Shown here: one piece after another, positions 1 to 11,999 of the stretch
Position numbering within the stretch: the first letter of the stretch is position 1
How the letters are laid out: each line of letters opens with the position of its first letter
From: Cyanidioschyzon merolae
Lineage: Eukaryota
Strand: one strand, 5' to 3'
Length of the DNA: 64,000 nucleotides
NCBI GenBank assembly: GCA_000091205.1
Contig: AP006487.2
Translations under genes and position numbers: made by a program
The notes under the pieces: generated by a model
What the model was told of the DNA's origin: nothing
Databases searched by the model: none
Seen by the model: only the letters and a program-made list of their open reading frames with translations

Positions 1-1
1 G

Positions 2-298
2 CTGACGGAAGGGCGAATGGAAAGGAGAGCGAAAGTTCGAGGATTGCTTGCATCAGTAAGTACAACCAGTGATGGCAAGAAACGGATGGAGTTTGTGAAG
101 CGAGGTTTTAATGCCGCAATCAATCTACGGAGATGTGCGGTGCTAGAGAATAAACCTCCAGACTGGACAAGAAGGAACCTTGTTGGACAATCTCTCAAAG
201 GTGAACTATATGAGAGAAAGCTGGAAGCAGTAGTGGGTAGCCAGTCCAAAAAGACGGGGGGGGGGCGTCTGCACGTCAGCTGGAGACGATTTGTCTAA
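2..298 (+). CDS. C-terminal fragment of a Fanzor/TnpB-like RuvC nuclease (copy 1). The frame is open to the window edge, so it is truncated at the 5' side by the window.
   Basis: Translation ...KKRMEFVKRGFNAAINLRRCAVL carries the RuvC-III signature (R/K-D/G-x-NAAxNI) typical of TnpB/Cas12/Fanzor. It is about 80% identical to the C-terminus of the copy at 56435-56713 (LTEEQMERRATVRGLLASVSSTSGGKKRMEIVNRDLNAAINIRRCAML). Confidence 0.5.
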   Translation: MTEGRMERRAKVRGLLASVSTTSDGKKRMEFVKRGFNAAINLRRCAVLENKPPDWTRRNLVGQSLKGELYERKLEAVVGSQSKKTGGGRLHVSWRRFV

Positions 299-360
299 GG
301 CGCGTTCGCCGCCATTGCTGCGTACTGCCGGCGTCGTTCGACTTCGAACGGCGTTCGTGA
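130..360 (+). ncRNA. Conserved 3' segment of the Fanzor-like element, a candidate omega-RNA scaffold / right end. It overlaps the ORF end and extends past the stop codon.
   Basis: A nucleotide-level conserved block (...ggcgtctgcacgtcagctggagacgatttgtctaagg...cgttcgacttcgaacggcgtt) is shared with 56285-56560 and 44320-44580 (reverse complement) and with 6180-6300. The amino-acid C-termini differ between copies while the nucleotides are kept. It contains hairpin-capable inverted repeats. Confidence 0.35.
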
Positions 361-435
361 CCGAAGCTCATCCGCGGATCCAGCTGCACGCCGCTGCTTC
401 ATTCAGGACGCGTTGTATAACAACGTCAGGGAACC

Positions 436-756
436 ATGACGAAAGGAACATCTTCCAAGGGTCGCCGTCACGGCAAATCACATACACTCTGTATCCGTTG
501 TGGACGACGATCGTACCATATCCAGAAAAGTACCTGTGCGAGCTGCGGGTACCCGTCGCCGCGAAAGCGGACTTACAACTGGAGTTTGAAGAGCAAGCGG
601 CGACGCACTACAGGAACTGGGCGCATGCGGTACTTGAAGACGGTTGCTAGACGGTTTCGAAACGGGTTCCGCGAAGAGAACACTCGTAAGGCGATAAAGA
701 GGACAGTGGCTGCCGCTCCCGCACAGGAGAGCGGCCAGGAAGCAGCGAGCTCTTGA
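436..756 (+). CDS. RPL37: 60S ribosomal protein eL37
   Basis: Full-length match to eukaryotic eL37: [52 protein letters not shown]. It has the C4 zinc ribbon and is a single exon. Confidence 0.9.
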   Translation: MTKGTSSKGRRHGKSHTLCIRCGRRSYHIQKSTCASCGYPSPRKRTYNWSLKSKRRRTTGTGRMRYLKTVARRFRNGFREENTRKAIKRTVAAAPAQESGQEAASS

Positions 757-2035
757 TTCGGAGTAGACGCGGCGCTACCCGTGTAGCACCGTATGCAGCG
801 CAGCCTCTCGTCGGAGAGCAGCGATTGAGGTTGCTAATGGGGTCTTTATGTGGTGAATCGAACTGGTGTAAAACTTCTTCCGAGTGTCCCCTAGCGCTCA
901 TACCAACACCCATGGACGTTACGTCGCTCGTATCGCGTACGCGGTGCGCGCTTGTCGCAGCACGTATTGCCGTGGCCCTTTGCGGGTCCGTCGAGCAACT
1001 TTGTACCACAGCTGCATGGCTTGCGCTCTTGTTTATGAGCCTGGTACGACGCGAGCCGATACGTTCCAGTCCCGACTGGAGCGCATCGGGTACCCGTTCC
1101 CGCTTGGAAGCTTGGGCACCCATCGCACTGCGTCGGCAGCGTTCCTAAATCGCGCATATCACCAACGATGGCCCGACACGAAATGGTTTCCGCGCGTCGA
1201 TTCTCTTCCTTCTGTCCTGAATAGGCGGAGAACATCATGGCTTGTCCATGCCTACCGGTGCATGAGCACCCATCCAGGAGTCGGTCGTGAGCGTTCTCGA
1301 TCAGTGCTCTGGAGGCCGCCAAGTTCATTTGAGGAAGCCCGACTTGCATGCGATGCGGCATGCAGCGGCGGGAAATGGCCTGCCGCTTCACACTGGGCGT
1401 AAAGTTGGGAGCAGTTGGCGTTGCTGACTCGCCGTTGTCGTTGTCGATGGCGAGTCGTGTACTTCGCTCGTGCTGAACTCGATGCAAAAATTGCTCGCTC
1501 GCATAGAAAACATGATATTCGAATCATGCGCATATGACGGACGGCGAATACGCGCTACAGCACATGGGCAAAGCTAGTCCACGCTGCGACTCGTATTCTT
1601 CCATCAAGCCCGAGGTTTCCCGATGGATAGGCCGAAGGTTTTCGCAGGTTTGCGATCAGCGCTAGCGCGGGCGCTGGGCATTCATTCGTGCTCCTGGCTT
1701 GTGCTTCGTCATCGAACTTGAGCTACTCCGCACCGCAATCATTCCCGGAAACGGCACTGGTTACTCTTCAACTGGCATGCATTTCGGTATTTCGCGGCAT
1801 CGACGACGGCGTACACTCCTGATGCACCACAGCGTAGAACTCTTGCTCCCGGGAGATGCCACTATTATCTTGCTTGCTGAACGTGTAAGCAGTTACGAAA
1901 CTAGGGCGCGCTGCTCCTCCATGCAAGTCGACAAATATCGTGTTCTGGAATCTGCTCTGATACATCCGTTCTACATCATAAATGAACGTATCATCTATGC
2001 TGGCGTCGTAGCTCGTTGTCCAGTACTGCGCGGCG

Positions 2036-3337
2036 ATGGTATTGCGGGTATCGTCCCGAGCGCGTCAGGCAGCGCTGCTGGTCCGCATCGACAAGGGCAT
2101 TGTAACCGGGACTCGCTTTGCGAGCTGGGGCGCTTTACACCAGGACTTGTTTGCTGGGTGGAAGGGCATGGAGTGGCCTGTCCGTTTTCATCGACTGCCT
2201 GGCGCTTTGCGGTTGACGGATACCGTTCTTCAGTTCCTGCCTCTGGATCGCGATGCAACCGTTCGCATCATACCGCTGAGTCGGGTGAAGCAGGTTCTGG
2301 TATCGGCCCCGGGAAGCCGCGTACACCTTCTAAAACTACAACTGGAGGATGCAACCTCCGCAGTTTTCGAGTTTGGCGGGGACCAGCGGTCCCGTGACCA
2401 GGCACGTGAGGCGATCGCTCGTGGGCTTCGGCGTCGTGGGGAGGTGGTGGCGGCGGCGGCGGCTGCAAGGCCCGTGGACGACCACGATCCGCTCTATCGG
2501 GAGCTGGTCGAGTCCGGTCTTGTTCCTGAGGATGTTTATCGCCTGTATGCGCCGTATCGGGAGGCAGCAAGCTGGCAGGCGAGGCTTTTCCAGGGTGGCA
2601 CGCTTGTTGAGGCACCCGCGCAACGTGCCGGTCTACCGTCGGCACTCTTATCGGAACTTCGACCCGCCGAGGAGAGCGGGCGCCGTGTCAAGTATCGCTT
2701 TGATCCGGCAACTATTCATCAGATCTTTGTAGAGGAACCTGCGGTTCAGCGCGCCTACGAGGATACAGTGGCTCGTGGCGTCCTTGATGAGAAAAGCTTC
2801 TGGAAAAAGTATGTTGAAATGCGGACGGCGTTGTCGGCATCTGCAAATGGAGTCAGGCCCAGTGATGCCCACGCTGCCGCACGTGCCTTTTTTGCCAAAT
2901 ACGAACAGCATACTCGAGATCATTCAAGCCGGAGCGATCATGAGAACGAGGCTGCGGGAGCTTCGCAGAGCGCGCTCCCTCTCGACGTGGACCTTCGCCG
3001 CAACGAATACGCCTCGCAGGAGCATCGTGAGGAGCACCTCGCTGATGCCCTCGAGCTCCTCCATCGTTTCAACCGTCATGGTCAACTGGTAATGGATGCG
3101 AGCCACTTTCGACCGGAAGAGCAGGAGTGGTTGAAACGTTCTTCCCTGATTCTCGAAGAGCTGGTGGAATCGCCTGCCTCCGATTCCAGCGATGACAACG
3201 TTGAGCTCGACGGCCGCGCCTGCGACGCAACAGTGCTCGCCGCTGGCCTGCTTCCCGCTCCATTTCAAATAGAGCGGGTCGCTGGTGAAGCCTATCGTGC
3301 AGCACTTTGTGCGCTCTCCGATGCAAATCTGTGCTAG
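2036..3337 (+). CDS. TFIIH subunit p62/Tfb1-like protein (PH-like N-terminus plus BSD-type motifs). The start codon is uncertain.
   Basis: A 433-aa ORF with an N-terminal PH-like segment, then LYRELVESGLVPEDVYRLY and VLDEKSFWKKYVEM (BSD-domain FW..Y pattern), and an acidic C-terminal region. Family assignment is by eye only. Confidence 0.45.
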   Translation: MVLRVSSRARQAALLVRIDKGIVTGTRFASWGALHQDLFAGWKGMEWPVRFHRLPGALRLTDTVLQFLPLDRDATVRIIPLSRVKQVLVSAPGSRVHLLKLQLEDATSAVFEFGGDQRSRDQAREAIARGLRRRGEVVAAAAAARPVDDHDPLYRELVESGLVPEDVYRLYAPYREAASWQARLFQGGTLVEAPAQRAGLPSALLSELRPAEESGRRVKYRFDPATIHQIFVEEPAVQRAYEDTVARGVLDEKSFWKKYVEMRTALSASANGVRPSDAHAAARAFFAKYEQHTRDHSSRSDHENEAAGASQSALPLDVDLRRNEYASQEHREEHLADALELLHRFNRHGQLVMDASHFRPEEQEWLKRSSLILEELVESPASDSSDDNVELDGRACDATVLAAGLLPAPFQIERVAGEAYRAALCALSDANLC

Positions 3338-4434
3338 GGTTCCTGCTGCAGCACACAATATGCACAGCGCGAGGATCCATGCCCCCGCAGATGCCACTGT
3401 ATGTTACCTGTTGGCAGACAGGGCACATACAAGAGGCAGGGCGCCTTGGTATCCCGCGAACACGCAACAGCCTGTGCGGATGCGAGACGGACTGTTGCAC
3501 TATTGGCCAGTATCCGAATCGAATGGAGCGTGCATCACCCGTGACCAGCTCGAGCTGTGCTATTTTTTCAGCGACTGACCTGTAATCGCGAACGCCCATG
3601 CATAGCCAGGACGGCGTCGATCCGTTCCCTGGTTTCAATAGCACAGGCGATGTCGAGAACGGCGCAAATAGGCTTGCGTTCACATCATGAAACCTCGATG
3701 ACAGCTCATGAGGGTCATCGCACAGTCGCGAAAAGGCATATTGTCCAAGGCGCGTGTCGACATCGACCGGAACCCGTCGGCCTGGTGAACGCACCATGGC
3801 GTGCCGTCTTCAGGCATAACCTCTCCGCGATGCGCGTTCGCGTTCGAGCGTGATCAAAAAGCTGTACCTTGTTTTGCCGAAGACTGCAAGCACCCAATTT
3901 AGGGATGACGTAAACGCCCCTGTACGTTACGGTGTGCCTGGTTCCCGAGTCGCGCTCGTTCGAACCGACAAGTCGCCTACCCGCGAAGAAACCAAGCACT
4001 GGAGGCGTTTTTCAACAAGCTACTGCTTCGGGTCCAACGGGATGCGCTTTTCGCCGTCGCTGCGCCTTAGCAGTGCCTCCTGCTGATCCTGAAGCCCGGT
4101 TACGCGTGATCGCAGGAACGAGAGAGAGTCATCCCTGGAAAACACATTATCAAAGCGATTTGCGCGCCACTTCACTGGTCCCGAATCACACGGGTAAGCA
4201 TCTTGTCCAGGAGGGGAATCGTCCGTCCATTCGTACACGGCGCGTCCATGTTCCCGGGAATCCGTATGCATCTTAAATGCCGCTTTCGACGCCGACACCC
4301 TGTTGCCCCAGTGAACAAGGAGGTGTCCCTCTGCTCGACAAATTGCCTTGCGAGGCGGAACGCAGGTGTGCGTGGATCGCTGCGAGCTTCCGGTACGCTG
4401 TCGATTGCCAGCGGTACGCCCGCACTCGGGTTCC

Positions 4435-5607
4435 TCAGCTTGTCGATCGAACGATTCGCCCTACGACAACAGTCACATCATCCGCTTTGCCGCCATAATA
4501 CCAGAAGCCAGCACTACGAGCGTTCACTGCAAATGGCGACATTCGGTTTTCGTCTGCTGCGAGCGTCACCGCCATCTGTGCCAAGCGCGTTGCCAGGTCT
4601 TGCAGCACAGGCGCGCCGTCCACAATCATCGCTGGTGCGGGTGCACAAGTGTTTGGCTCAGTGGCGATGTGCATTTCCCGACGTGCGTGGCCATCCGGCT
4701 CGCTTTTCAGCGTGGATTTGATCACAGCATTCGCTCGGGATCGCTCCGCCGGCGGCACGTCTGTTGCCGCCGCTTTCTTCTCAGTACGCTCCCGGTACCA
4801 GTCCTGAATGCAATCAACAATTTCTTTATCGTACACATTGTCGAAAAGGCCGTCTGTGCCCAGAACGAACCAGTCGCCCGCCTGCACTTCGAAACGGTCC
4901 ACGAACGCATCGTACGCGGTATCTTTGCTCTGAGATCCGAGCTGATACGGGCAGTTGAAGTAGTGCTGTTGTTCTTTCGAACGAAAGATAACATCGCCCT
5001 TGCGCATGACCAGGAGCCCAGAATCCCCCAAGTTCACACACGTGAGCGTACCACGTCGCGACACGACCTCCGCGCTCTCCAACGGAGTACTGAGCGCCAC
5101 GAGGCACGCAGTGCAACTACCGACCACATCATTGGACGCGGCCGCTTGATCCAGGACACTAACCAGGCTACCAGAAGCGTCCATACTTTCTGTGCCTGCA
5201 CGCACGAGCTCGGCAAGCCGCCTTGAATAGAGGCCCGGATCGACGCCTAGCGCCGACCAGCCACCGACACCGTCGAAAACACCGGCTGCTCGTTTTGTGA
5301 GGAAGAACGCGTCCTCGCCACCACGTTGGCGCTTGTTCGGATGCGGGATCATTGCGACACCCGCTTGGAAGTGAAGTCGTCGGCTGCAAACTATCCACCA
5401 GGCAGCGTGGCTAGGCACCCGCGGGGCATACCAGGCGGCTCGACGGCGCTCGGCAACGTTCCGTAGACCAGCTTCCGTTCGATTGGAAGCGAGCGAGCTC
5501 CACGGTCGAAAACTGCACGAAGCAGCACTCGCTCCCTGAGCGAACACCCAGCCGGTCAAGCGATAGTTAGCTGCCGCCTCTGCTGCCCAGAAAAACGCCC
5601 TCGTCAT
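4435..5607 (-). CDS. PP2C-family (PPM) protein phosphatase, PTC7/PPTC7-like, probably with a mitochondrial presequence. The alternative start at 5352 would give the catalytic domain only.
   Basis: Motifs GEDAFF...GVFDGVGGW, NLGDSGLLV, LGTDGLFDNV and GGKADDVTVVVG are PP2C catalytic signatures of the PTC7 type. The six-frame ORF runs further 5' (to 6030) through a (GAAC)n microsatellite, and I treat that part as non-coding. Confidence 0.7.
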   Translation of the reverse strand: MTRAFFWAAEAAANYRLTGWVFAQGASAASCSFRPWSSLASNRTEAGLRNVAERRRAAWYAPRVPSHAAWWIVCSRRLHFQAGVAMIPHPNKRQRGGEDAFFLTKRAAGVFDGVGGWSALGVDPGLYSRRLAELVRAGTESMDASGSLVSVLDQAAASNDVVGSCTACLVALSTPLESAEVVSRRGTLTCVNLGDSGLLVMRKGDVIFRSKEQQHYFNCPYQLGSQSKDTAYDAFVDRFEVQAGDWFVLGTDGLFDNVYDKEIVDCIQDWYRERTEKKAAATDVPPAERSRANAVIKSTLKSEPDGHARREMHIATEPNTCAPAPAMIVDGAPVLQDLATRLAQMAVTLAADENRMSPFAVNARSAGFWYYGGKADDVTVVVGRIVRSTS

Positions 5608-5622
5608 CGCAACCGTTGCAAG

Positions 5623-5668
5623 ACGAACGAACGAACGAACGAACGAACGAACGAACGAACGAACGAAC
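5623..5668. repeat. (GAAC)n microsatellite, about 11 units
   Basis: Direct reading shows acgaacgaacgaac... repeated. Confidence 0.95.
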
Positions 5669-5899
5669 AGGTAGTGCAAAGAACACACCGTACCGGTAAG
5701 TCGCGCGTGCCGTGGAGGCGAACGCTGTCGTTCATTCGGCAGCGCTCGAGGCTGGCACCGACTTGCCCGACTAGATGCACTACTTTTTGCTCTTTGACCA
5801 CAGTGAGATTGATTAGTCAGGTGTGTGTCATCAAATGCCTTATTCGGTTTATAGCAGATGGGCTGCAAAGTGCGTTCATTTAGAGAAATAGAGAATATA

Positions 5900-6380
5900 A
5901 GATATAGGTATGGAGATTGAAGTCGAGGATCCTGGATTGCCTCTGTCCACGGGTGTCGGAAAAGAACGGGAATTTTCTCATCTTTTCGACGATCGAGCGA
6001 AGAAGACCAAGAAGAGGGGAGATGGACCACAAAAATGTGTTTGCCCGACGGGGCGATGACGAGAATCTAATCGCACAGAGGGCACGAGTTCTGGCAATCC
6101 CTGCATTGATGCGTTGCACCAGATGAACTGCATAGAACGGCTCGTGAACGGAGACTTCGACGTCACAAGCAATATCAGGAGATGTGCGGTGCTGAAAACG
6201 AGACTCGCGGAGCTGACGCGAACTAAATTCGAGTGGCAGCCTCTAATACCCCCAGTGTGCCTGGATAAAAACCGCAACCGATGGCAGTCGGCGGATAGAA
6301 AAAGACTGGGCGGTGTCTGCGCGTGGGCAGCTATATGTACTCTCGATGGTGGTAAAACATTGCACGTTTTATAAATCATA
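5900..6380 (+). mobile_element. Degenerate Fanzor-derived remnant (copy 5) retaining part of the RuvC-III region and the conserved 3' segment.
   Basis: ORF 6114-6374 encodes ...DVTSNIRRCAVL (compare NAAINLRRCAVL). The nucleotides atcaggagatgtgcggtgct ... aaaaagactgggcggtgtctgcgcgtgggcagct align to copy 1 at 120-300 with internal deletions. Confidence 0.4.
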
Positions 6381-7914
6381 TGCCGAAGAGCAAGTTCGAT
6401 TTGCAGCGTATGGAACCTAGTAGCGTTTCTTAAGCAAGTCTGGTCGTTTTCTACGTAATCAGAAGCATTTGCTCCGCCATCGCTACCTGAATGGAATCAT
6501 TGATCCTGCATCATCAACACTGATTCCGTTGCACAGGACGTACGTAGAGCGCAATGATCACCGTGTGACGCCATGGCTCGCCAAAGCTCCAGGATCCGAG
6601 CACTGTGCAGGGACCAGCGAAGCTGCCGACTTTGTGGTTCCTCAAATGATAACACCTCGATTCGCGTCGAACGGTCTTCTGATCCACCAAAAAAATTTGG
6701 TGGGTCGTGATTTTGCGTTCTCCAAGCACGCCTCCATACACTGCTGCATCAGAGAACCCACTCGAAATGATGCCGTGTCCGTTATTGAATGACGCTTCCG
6801 AGCACTGGGCCTGCATGAAGCCGGTAGTCGATCCCTGAACGCTTCATGCGCGGACACGTACTATGCATAAGACTCGGAAACTCCGGGCTGCACAGGTCCA
6901 TTGTCTGATGCTTCCAGCATCAAAGTCGATCCCCGCTGACTGCCTAGATGACAAGCGAGATCCGCGTACAAGCCCGAGATCCCGTGCATCCAGCATCAAA
7001 CGCGATTTCGCTCTACTGCCCAGAAGCGCAAGCATGAAAGCGTCTTGCTCCCGTATTCGACTGTTCCCGACAATGGTCTCGGGCATATGTTTGCTCCCGA
7101 ATGAATACACCTTCGTGGAGCGCGCAGCATAGTGCTTTCTTTCCATCGCGCAAGATCAGAAAAGTCTAACCAGTTCTACCACGGATGCGTGTCGCGCGCT
7201 GGGCGTCGTACACGACCACGATGCCGTGCATCCACCGATTCTCATGATGCAGACACGGTGTATCGAAGGAGTCGATTCTGAGTAGCCGAACGGTGTCGAT
7301 ACCAGCGCCTGGACCTCACCATTTCCGCGCACGCTTCTTCCTTCTTCTATGCCAGCAGCAGCGTTCCTACATAAAAAACCCGCGCCATGAGACCTCTATC
7401 CGTCTACTGGGATAGCATAGGCCGGCCGCACTTGCTTGGCCGGGCACATGCGCTCGATTCGAAATCCTGTCAAAGCACAGTGCCATCCACGTAACCTGCA
7501 AAAGAGCGGAGCTTCTCAGTAAAGCCTGTGTTTGCCGCCTGCCCGAACGAGGTATCAGAAACGTGCTCACCGACGCGCTGCGCACCGGCGCCTTCCAGCG
7601 CTGGAAGCAGTGCGCCTCGAGTGCACGGGTGCGGCGCCTGCCTGCCTGCCTGCCGGCTCCTCTCTATTCCGCTAGCGAACCAAGCACCCTGCTCTTTCCC
7701 CAGACACCTTGTCCACTGTGGAGGCCGCTCAGCTACAACTCCGACGTGCAGCGTCTGTCCACGATCAACACGAGTACGCACCTTGTGAAGGGTACAGTCG
7801 CGAGATACGTATGCTGGGCGCCAGCGCTGGCAGGTAGGCGGCGCCCCGCGCATTCTCTGCACACCCGAGGCGCGTTTTCGCGACTTTCCGTTACGTGAAG
7901 TTGGTGTCGGGTTC

Positions 7915-8979
7915 ATGGCGTTTCTTTCAAGTTGTCCGGGTGGATCGTGCCTGACACGAGATCATCATAAGCATCGGTTGGCGATCCGTTCTCGTCTGCA
8001 ACGGTCTCTGTGTTGCACGACGGCTCGCACCGAGCAGCAGGTCCAGGCCCAAGAGGTGGAGCGCCCCAAGCACTTTTTCGGACGCGTTATTACCGCTCTG
8101 GTGACGCCATTCAAATTGACTGGCGTTGAGGTGGACTATGGTGTTGCTGAATCTTTAGCTGCTCACCTTGCTGAGAACGGTTCGGATGCGATAATTGTTG
8201 CAGGCACCACGGGAGAGTCGGCAACGCTGACCTGGTCGGAAGAGTACGAACTCTTTCGGGTGGTCAAGTCGGCCGTTGCAGGGACAAAGTGTCGGGTGAT
8301 AGCGGGTGCTGGCTCGAACTCGACGGAAGAGGCGATTGAGGCGACCAAAAAGTCGGCAAAGTTGGGTCTCGATGGAACCCTACAAGTTGTCCCGTACTAC
8401 AACAAACCCCCACAACAGGGTATTATGGCACATTTTCGGGCGATAGCCAACGCAGCACCTGATCTGCCTATGATGCTCTATAACATCCCCGGACGCACGG
8501 GCATCAATATGACAGCGGAAACGTCGATCAAGCTGGCGGAGATGTGTCCGAATATCGTGGCGCTGAAGGAAGCATCAGGCAACCTGGAGCAGTTTGCTCG
8601 AATTCGGCGAGCAACGTCACCCGACTTCGCCCTGTACTCTGGAGACGATGCGCTGACGCTTCCGCTTCTATCGCTCGGAGGCAATGGTGTGGTGAGCGTT
8701 GCCTCTCATTTCATCGGTCCCGAGATCCAGCGGATGATTGAGCACTTCGTGGACCTGGGGAATCCAGAAGAGGCGTTTCGAATTCACTGCCGATATATGG
8801 ACCTGTTCGAGGCACTCTTCGTGATGGCGAATCCAATACCGGCAAAAGCAGCGCTGCGTTTGCTTGGCTGGCCGGTGGGCCCCACGAGACTTCCGCTCAC
8901 GGATATCACAGCATCCGCAGAGCAGCAGTTGCGGCAGGCCATGATTGCGGCAGGCCTGCTTTCCAATGGAAGCGGATAG
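7915..8979 (+). CDS. dapA: 4-hydroxy-tetrahydrodipicolinate synthase (dihydrodipicolinate synthase) with an N-terminal extension of about 60 aa that looks like a transit peptide.
   Basis: ALVTPF, GTTGES.TL and YN.P...G core motifs are present, and the full-length DapA/NAL-family fold is evident. Confidence 0.9.
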   Translation: MAFLSSCPGGSCLTRDHHKHRLAIRSRLQRSLCCTTARTEQQVQAQEVERPKHFFGRVITALVTPFKLTGVEVDYGVAESLAAHLAENGSDAIIVAGTTGESATLTWSEEYELFRVVKSAVAGTKCRVIAGAGSNSTEEAIEATKKSAKLGLDGTLQVVPYYNKPPQQGIMAHFRAIANAAPDLPMMLYNIPGRTGINMTAETSIKLAEMCPNIVALKEASGNLEQFARIRRATSPDFALYSGDDALTLPLLSLGGNGVVSVASHFIGPEIQRMIEHFVDLGNPEEAFRIHCRYMDLFEALFVMANPIPAKAALRLLGWPVGPTRLPLTDITASAEQQLRQAMIAAGLLSNGSG

Positions 8980-11199
8980 TGCTTCCTGGCAAGGCTAGCG
9001 CAGGTCTCGTGCCTGTGGCTGCGTTATCCACATGGGGGCCAGTGCCTTTCGCCCGCGTCTCGCTCTATGTGCGGCGACTTTGGGATCGCGCTCGCCTTTC
9101 ACGCCAGTGTGTGTGTATCTATGTGTGGGTTGCCCTGTCTTTCATGCAGGGCTTGCGTACCATGCGGGCGTTTGTTGCCCTGCCCTTCGTAGTTCGCATC
9201 AAGTTGGAAAGACGCGAGTTTCAAAAAGCTCCGGACTGGATCAAAGCACATGGCCAGGAGTTCCCGAACGAGCACGTAAAGTTTGAAGCTGCGCGTTGTT
9301 GTCTCTCGGAGGTCGAGACGGACAGAAACGGATTTGTTTGGAAAGCCGACCAGGGCGCATTGGTCACGCAGGGCGCCTCGAGCGGAGTCCTGTTGCACAC
9401 GAGAACGCTGTCGAAGCCGAAAGGAGCATTTTCGAGCCAGAGCGCCATCGGGGCTGTTGCGCGTAAAACGGATCTTGCGACTTTATGCAGCCGCTGCTTG
9501 CATTAAAAATAAGCCTACTATGATCGTCTGCATGTCCTCGGTCGTGCGAAGATGCACGGCAGCTAGCTGGGTCTCAGCGGCGACAGTTTACGCTGGCCTG
9601 GTGGCATCGGCCTGTAACCGCAGGGCACCCGAAGGGATGGGCATTTCGGCCGCGCTCCGGGGACATGGTGATAAGTCCCCGCATTCATGCGTGCCGAGCT
9701 TCCCTGAACGTCGGTAATGATCGCGCACGTGAGCATTCCGGAGGACAGACTCAACAATCCAGCACCGTGAAAAATGGACGCGTATCGCCGGGACTCGAGC
9801 CCCGTGGACACCACGGCCAGCTGCGGTTGCCGTGGCAGAGCGCGAGCGGTGAGCGCCGGCTCCTTTTTGACGAATGCTTGACCCTGAGCCTGTCGATTTG
9901 CGTTCGAGAACCGCGAACACTCGCCGATGCTCTGGTTACGGATGCATCATCACAGCGCCACACGGCGCTGAACCGAAGGCACTGCAACACTGGGGGAGTG
10001 CATTGGCGTGCGGACGATTCGCTGGGGGTTTCGCAAGACGTTCGGATTTGCTCGTCATGAAGCAGGTTGGGATCTGGGTCTCTCATATGCAATCGCCACT
10101 GGGCATCGAATGGATTTGTTGACCTCGAATGGGGTTCGGATCCCGCTGGCTGGGTAGCTCGGCTACGCGCGCACTGGGCGCGCTTGTGCTGCTCCGGAGC
10201 ACGGACTACCGAAGCAACACAGCTGGACGCAGGGCTTGGATCCCGTCAGGCCAGAGAGGGCCGGCTTACTCAAGCGCGTTTTGAACACGTTGCAGGCGGT
10301 GAGCTCGAGGCACAATGTCTTCACATGCTGATCCTGAAGAAACTAAATTCACGCGCGGGGATTTTGTGTGCTGCAGACGAGGCTGGACACCGCAGCGACG
10401 ACCTCCACCAATGGGAGATTAAAATGGAGCACTGGGCTGCTCGCTATGTACGTGGATAGGTTCTTCTCGACTTGTCTTTTCAGATGTAGAGCTGTGACTT
10501 TTCGAGAGCAGCAACAAGGGCTTGAGCACTCGTGTGTCGGTTTAGGATTCTCGGCCATAGTTTCAGAGTGGTTTTTTCGACGCTCTTCCACTAGGACTCG
10601 TTACATCACCGAAATCAAGACCATTCCCGATGTTCCGGAACTAGGGTTCGTAAACGAACCAATATTCGTCTCCAATGTGTACGTAAAGGTTTCCAATCTT
10701 CTCAATATCTTACTTTTGTAGCGTGCTCAAGCCACGTATGCTTGTAGTTTTGTCTCTTTCTTTCTCAAGGCAACTCATTGATATCGCAATGCTCGCCATT
10801 GCTTCGACGAGGGAAAATGCTGGACGTCGTCCCTCGGAGACTTGTTCACGAGTTCATACCGACAATACGCGCAACATGCCACTTCGAATCATGCATTGCT
10901 TTCAAGCGGTACACTCAATGCTCTCTGCGGCGGTCAACGAAACAGGATTCGCTATCTGCCTCGTACGTCTCACAGGACATACTTCCGGAGGCTGCAGTCT
11001 GTCTCTATTTTGCCTGGAACGTTGTCTAGATTTCGGAATTGAGTCATCCGGGTGTCCGTGTCGAGTGCTACGTACGTCACTGTTTTGCACGAAGGAAGCG
11101 TCAAGGGATCGAATACCTTCGACTTGTTATCCAATCTGGATTTACCCCCCGATGTTTGTTTCATCACGAACAACATCGTGTTCCACCAATACGTTATCG

Positions 11200-11330
11200 A
11201 ACGGAACAGGGCGCGGTTGGACTTGCAGCCATCAGCGCCGTCGCCGAGTACATCGCTCAGATCAAGCACGTGATCGCAGAGCACGGCGCCGGGTGCGGAA
11301 ACTGCAATGGATATCAAGGGGAATCTTCTC
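11200..11330 (-). repeat. Short diverged fragment related to the 1.1-kb dispersed repeat at 26768-27895 / 38054-39173.
   Basis: About 60 nt (ccattgcagtttccgcacccggcgccgtgctctgcgatcacg) align with 27185-27250 (cctcctccgtttccgcgcccggtgccgtactcgccgttcacg). Confidence 0.3.
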
Positions 11331-11874
11331 TTCTCCGAAATGGCAAGTAGCCTGCGATGAAGCACGGGATCGCGCGCTGTAGGACGGCGCTCGGAGGACG
11401 AGGAGATATGGTCGATGCATAGGCACACTTGGCAGCGGTCAAATGTCACCGCTGTGAAGCGCGGACCCCAGCTGTACACAAAAACAGATGAAAACAGCAA
11501 GCGAAGCGCGGATCGCGATTTTCACCTGTGCATGGTTTGCGTGACCAGCAGCCGGACGCAACGGAATCGGAACTCGAATGCCGCCATCAACAACCCGCGA
11601 ATGCTGAGAACGGAACCGAAGACTCACGAGAGACCAGCATATGTAGATCAGCAGATAATCGAGAAGGAAAGAAAGTAGTCTCAGAAAATGCACTCAGAAT
11701 CTGGTATTGGTGATACGAGCACGTGATCAAAACGCTTGCGTTCTCGCCCGCGTCAGCAAAGTGATCGCGCGCATCGTTCCCCCACGCTGACACGCGTGTC
11801 CAGCGAGCTGCCTGCCAGGCACGCAGACGCGCACGCATGGCGGCGGATCGCGAAGGCGCCACCGCCGCGCTTCG

Positions 11875-11934
11875 GCGGCGATGCGCAGGAGCGCGCGGCG
11901 ATGCGCAGGAGCGCGCGGCGATGCGCAGGAGCGC
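11875..11934. repeat. 20-bp tandem repeat, 3 copies (gcggcgatgcgcaggagcgc)
   Basis: Direct reading. Confidence 0.9.
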
Positions 11935-11999
11935 AGCGCCAATTCAACGCAAACAATTTCCGTTGTATACGATCATCTTCGGATTTTGGTTGAATTCGT

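Noticed and set aside
647-1533. Cluster of mutually overlapping 90-200-aa ORFs on both strands
   Set aside because: This is typical spurious ORF density in GC-rich DNA. There are no recognisable motifs, and the ORFs overlap each other and the RPL37 3' region.
5608-6030. N-terminal 140 aa of the PP2C six-frame ORF, including FVRSFVRSFVRS
   Set aside because: This is encoded by the (GAAC)n microsatellite and flanking low-complexity sequence, so it is not part of the phosphatase.
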